A stretch of 64,000 nucleotides of DNA from Dehalococcoidia bacterium (GTDB lineage Bacteria > Chloroflexota > Dehalococcoidia > Plut-88900): assembly GCA_965207225.1 (NCBI GenBank), contig CBDBLV010000005.1:1952001-2016000 (forward strand). The letters run 5' to 3'. Under the pieces are notes generated by a model. That model did not search any database, was not told where the DNA came from, and saw only the letters and a program-made list of their open reading frames with translations. A program made the position numbers and the translations under genes. Of this stretch, positions 61,523 through 64,000 are shown piece by piece; within the stretch, counting starts at the first letter, position 1; every line of letters starts with the position of its first letter.

Positions 61523-61655
61523 CGTGCACCTCCTACGTGCCTGTGTTTGTGTTGCCTTGAATCCGTTGCGCCCGCTTTCGGGCAAAGAAGTAGGGGCCGC
61601 CCTCGGAGAGAGCGACCCCTGCGTGTTGTGATGGGTTGTGAGAAGCCCGAAGCCG

Positions 61656-62171
61656 TCAGCGACGGAACCTCCGCGCCGAACGACGGGGCATGAACCGCCT
61701 GAGCAGCAGCCAGCCGATGCCCAGACCGAACAGGTTCAGGAAGAACAGCTCCAGGTCGAGGGTGAGCAGCGGCGCGGCGACGACCAGGGCGACGACCCCG
61801 GCCACCACGACCTTCTTCCGCTTCCACCAGGGTTTCTTGGCCTCAGCCCCAACCGCCGCATCCCTGACCGGCTCGCAGGCCGTCCAGATCGGCAGACCGG
61901 TGAGGGCCTCAAGCTCGGTGACTATCACGCCGCGACCGCAGCCCCGTGTGTGGCACCGTACGTCGATGCCGTTGCCGTCGGGTCGCTGCCGAAACGCCAG
62001 CCCGTCGGACTTCCCGCCGTGGCACACCGCCGTGCTGGTCCAGAACCACCCGTTGTGGAAACTCACGCGATGCGCCAGCAGGTCTGCGATCCGCGCCGCG
62101 CTGGGTCCGACGTACTGCTCCGCCATGCTCGTACCTCCTTCTCCGTTGTCCTGTGCCCTTGATTCGTCCAT
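61656..62171 (-). CDS. Hypothetical protein: primase-type Zn-binding-like motif plus two C-terminal TM helices
   Basis: CHGG...L.F......I.VRCH..GC....I...L; hydrophobic C-terminus; start 62171 or 62126. Confidence 0.65.
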   Translation of the reverse strand: MDESRAQDNGEGGTSMAEQYVGPSAARIADLLAHRVSFHNGWFWTSTAVCHGGKSDGLAFRQRPDGNGIDVRCHTRGCGRGVIVTELEALTGLPIWTACEPVRDAAVGAEAKKPWWKRKKVVVAGVVALVVAAPLLTLDLELFFLNLFGLGIGWLLLRRFMPRRSARRFRR

Positions 62172-62838
62172 GTGCGATACCCCCTTGTGTGTTGTGTGCC
62201 GTTGACTCCGTTCCTAAGACGCACCCGGACCGCCAGCGATGCAAACGCATGGGAGACCGGGGTGAAAGAAGACGCAGCTCGCCCAAGGTGAAGTCGGTCA
62301 GTGGGGAAGAGTTGCGAGACGTGAAGCGGCCAGCCTGCTCGGAGCGGCAGACCGGCGCGTGTCGTAGCTGCGGTGTAGCCGCGTGCCAGCCATCCCGCAG
62401 ACGTGTCGAACTGGCCGAGGCGACAGGCGCACTTCGACCAGTTTGCCGGGGACGAGGCGCTCATGCGCACCCGTCCTCCTTGGCCCAACGGATGAGGCGA
62501 TCAACCCCAGCCGTCAGACCTATGCCCAGCGGGTGAAGGATCAACGTCAAACTTCAACCGCCGGACTGAGCCGGGGACGGAGGCCCTTGCGTCAACTCCG
62601 TCGAATCGGCCCGCGCTGGTTGCGAAGGACCAACGTCAAACTCCGCATTGCCAGCATTCCCTCTTGGGCGAAGCCCGTGCAACAGGGATCACGCACCCAG
62701 GTTTCTATGGTCGGAAACCTTGGAGAAAGCCAAACAGTGGGGTCATTATCGCAGGTCTCCGACGCCGAAAAGACCCCACGCATGCCCCCACCCTGAGAAT
62801 TGCTCTGGGGTTCACTCCCGCATCGGCAACGCCGGGCG

Positions 62839-63696
62839 CTACTGCGAGGGCCGCCGCCACCTCAGAGTGAGCGCCCGCCACACCTTGGTCACGACCTCGC
62901 GCCTGGCCCGCGCTCTCCGCGTGTCGAAGAGGGCCTTCCTGCGCCAGCTGACCTGGCCGCTGCGGTCGAGGCCGTGCAGGGGCTGCTTCTCCGGGGGGAG
63001 CGTCATCCCGTGCTCCTCCAGCAATGCAAGCTCCATCTCCAGCAGCCGCTCCCGCTCCACCAGCCAATCAAGGCCCTTCCCGTCGTTGGGGTGAGACTCC
63101 TTCAACGCCCGCCACCGGACGATCAGGGACCAGGCGTCTCCGAAGACCTCCTCGTCGTCATCGGCGGGCTCAAGGGTCACCAGATCGGGGTACTCGCGCC
63201 GCATCGAGGACTTTGACGCAGGACTTCCTTCGCTCACTGACCCTGCATCCTCTCCTTTATCAGCGCTCTGCTCCGAGGGACCGGCGCCGGCGTGACCGGC
63301 CCCGGTCGTCTTCGGACTCACTGTGCCCTCCTTTGCGAGAGCCTCCACCGCGCCTTCCACCCTGGACAGCCGCCTGCGCGCCTCCTTGCCCAGCGACTCC
63401 ATCCCGCTCTCCAACTCCCCCAGGCGCTCCTCCAGGGCGTCGTTGCGCTCTCGCTGACGGGCCGCCGCAGAACCCACGCCCTCCTGCAAGGCCCGCTCCA
63501 GGGACTCCCGCATCCGCCGCGACAGCCTCCCCGTCCTGGCGCTCTCGGCCACCGTGCGCTGGTCGATCTCCAACACCCGCGCCGCGCCCTTGTATCCCCG
63601 CTCCCGCACCAGCTCTTGCAGCAACGTCATGAGCCTCATGTGGTACATGTTCTCCACGTCTCTGCTGTCCTCGATGCCGTGTTCGGTCGTCTTCAT
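62839..63696 (-). CDS. HTH + coiled-coil protein, longer homologue of 3470-3907
   Basis: G..GAARVL.ID.RTV......G.L..RM...L.R then LE.RL..LE; AAGGAGG RBS. Confidence 0.75.
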   Translation of the reverse strand: MKTTEHGIEDSRDVENMYHMRLMTLLQELVRERGYKGAARVLEIDQRTVAESARTGRLSRRMRESLERALQEGVGSAAARQRERNDALEERLGELESGMESLGKEARRRLSRVEGAVEALAKEGTVSPKTTGAGHAGAGPSEQSADKGEDAGSVSEGSPASKSSMRREYPDLVTLEPADDDEEVFGDAWSLIVRWRALKESHPNDGKGLDWLVERERLLEMELALLEEHGMTLPPEKQPLHGLDRSGQVSWRRKALFDTRRARARREVVTKVWRALTLRWRRPSQ

Positions 63697-63773
63697 GGCA
63701 ATTTCCTCCTTCTCCGAAAACTCGTTCCAGCTATGAATTCCGCCAAGTCCGTGATTCGCCCGATCTCTCGCCT

Positions 63774-64000
63774 CGCGTAACGCACCCCCACCTCAAGCGG
63801 ACTTTTCGGCCGTTTTTGTCATCGGGCCGTCGATTTTGGCCGCGTCATGCACCCCCACCTCAAGCCTCTTTTTGTCATTGGAGACCGGACTCCGCCCTTT
63901 CATCAGATTGCTCACCGTTCACCTCCTGTAGAGGGGGTTTTGCCCCTGATTTAGCTACGAAATCACGACTTTGACCACTCAGTCACAAAAGTCCATTTCC
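63774..64000 (-). promoter_or_regulatory. Conserved cis region of B2
   Basis: Reverse-complement TTGAGGTGGGGGTGC motifs at 63774-63796 and 63841-63863, 67 bp apart as in B1. Confidence 0.65.

Larger units (their letters stand above)
51428..64000 (+). mobile_element. Integrative element B2 (inverted relative to B1; integrase end outside window)
   Basis: J4 at left; cis region at 63774-64000 is the reverse-complement homologue of 12020-12210. Confidence 0.7.

Noticed and set aside
62220-62830. ncRNA or riboswitch in the long intergenic gap
   Set aside because: No recognisable family motif or convincing long stem by eye; needs a covariance-model search

Overview
GC-rich bacterial accessory DNA with no housekeeping, rRNA, tRNA or CRISPR loci visible. 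The Pro/Thr-linker lipoproteins, LRR, cadherin and Calx-beta cargo suggest a Chloroflexota/SAR202-like host, but that is inference only. The window is organised by four related 54-bp large-serine-recombinase (LSR) attachment junctions sharing a central CC: J1 9990-10043, J2 20986-21039, J3 38312-38365 and J4 51401-51454 (minus strand). They delimit a stacked array of integrative elements: A1 (<1-10016), B1 (10017-21012) and A2 (21013-38338), inserted inside a herA-like defence ATPase gene, plus an inverted element B2 (51428->64000). The main observation is that each integrase gene is split by its own att site. The ~525-codon body sits at one end of the element without a stop codon. A conserved 17-18 codon tail with the stop (PPDLIKSRTFSLCFKLEV*, GPKLTVGRTVFELWMGL*, GPILTVDRTVFELRLGSL*) sits in frame at the opposite end, so the intact gene forms only on excision. 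The apparent 1057-aa LSR-HerA protein is read-through into the target gene. Element backbones carry Replic_Relax/MOBC-like relaxases and a conserved TTGAGGTGGGGGTGCATGACGCG cis motif (candidate oriT). Cargo includes an uncharacterised nuclease + wHTH + AAA ATPase operon, a Dcm/DUF4928/Vsr module, a nuclease-containing UvrD helicase, toxin-antitoxin pairs, adhesins and an IS21. The flanking region holds KTSC, a frameshifted DUF1156 methylase, MNT-HEPN, a DUF499 ATPase and a FeoB-like/flavoprotein/ArsR/VOC cluster.
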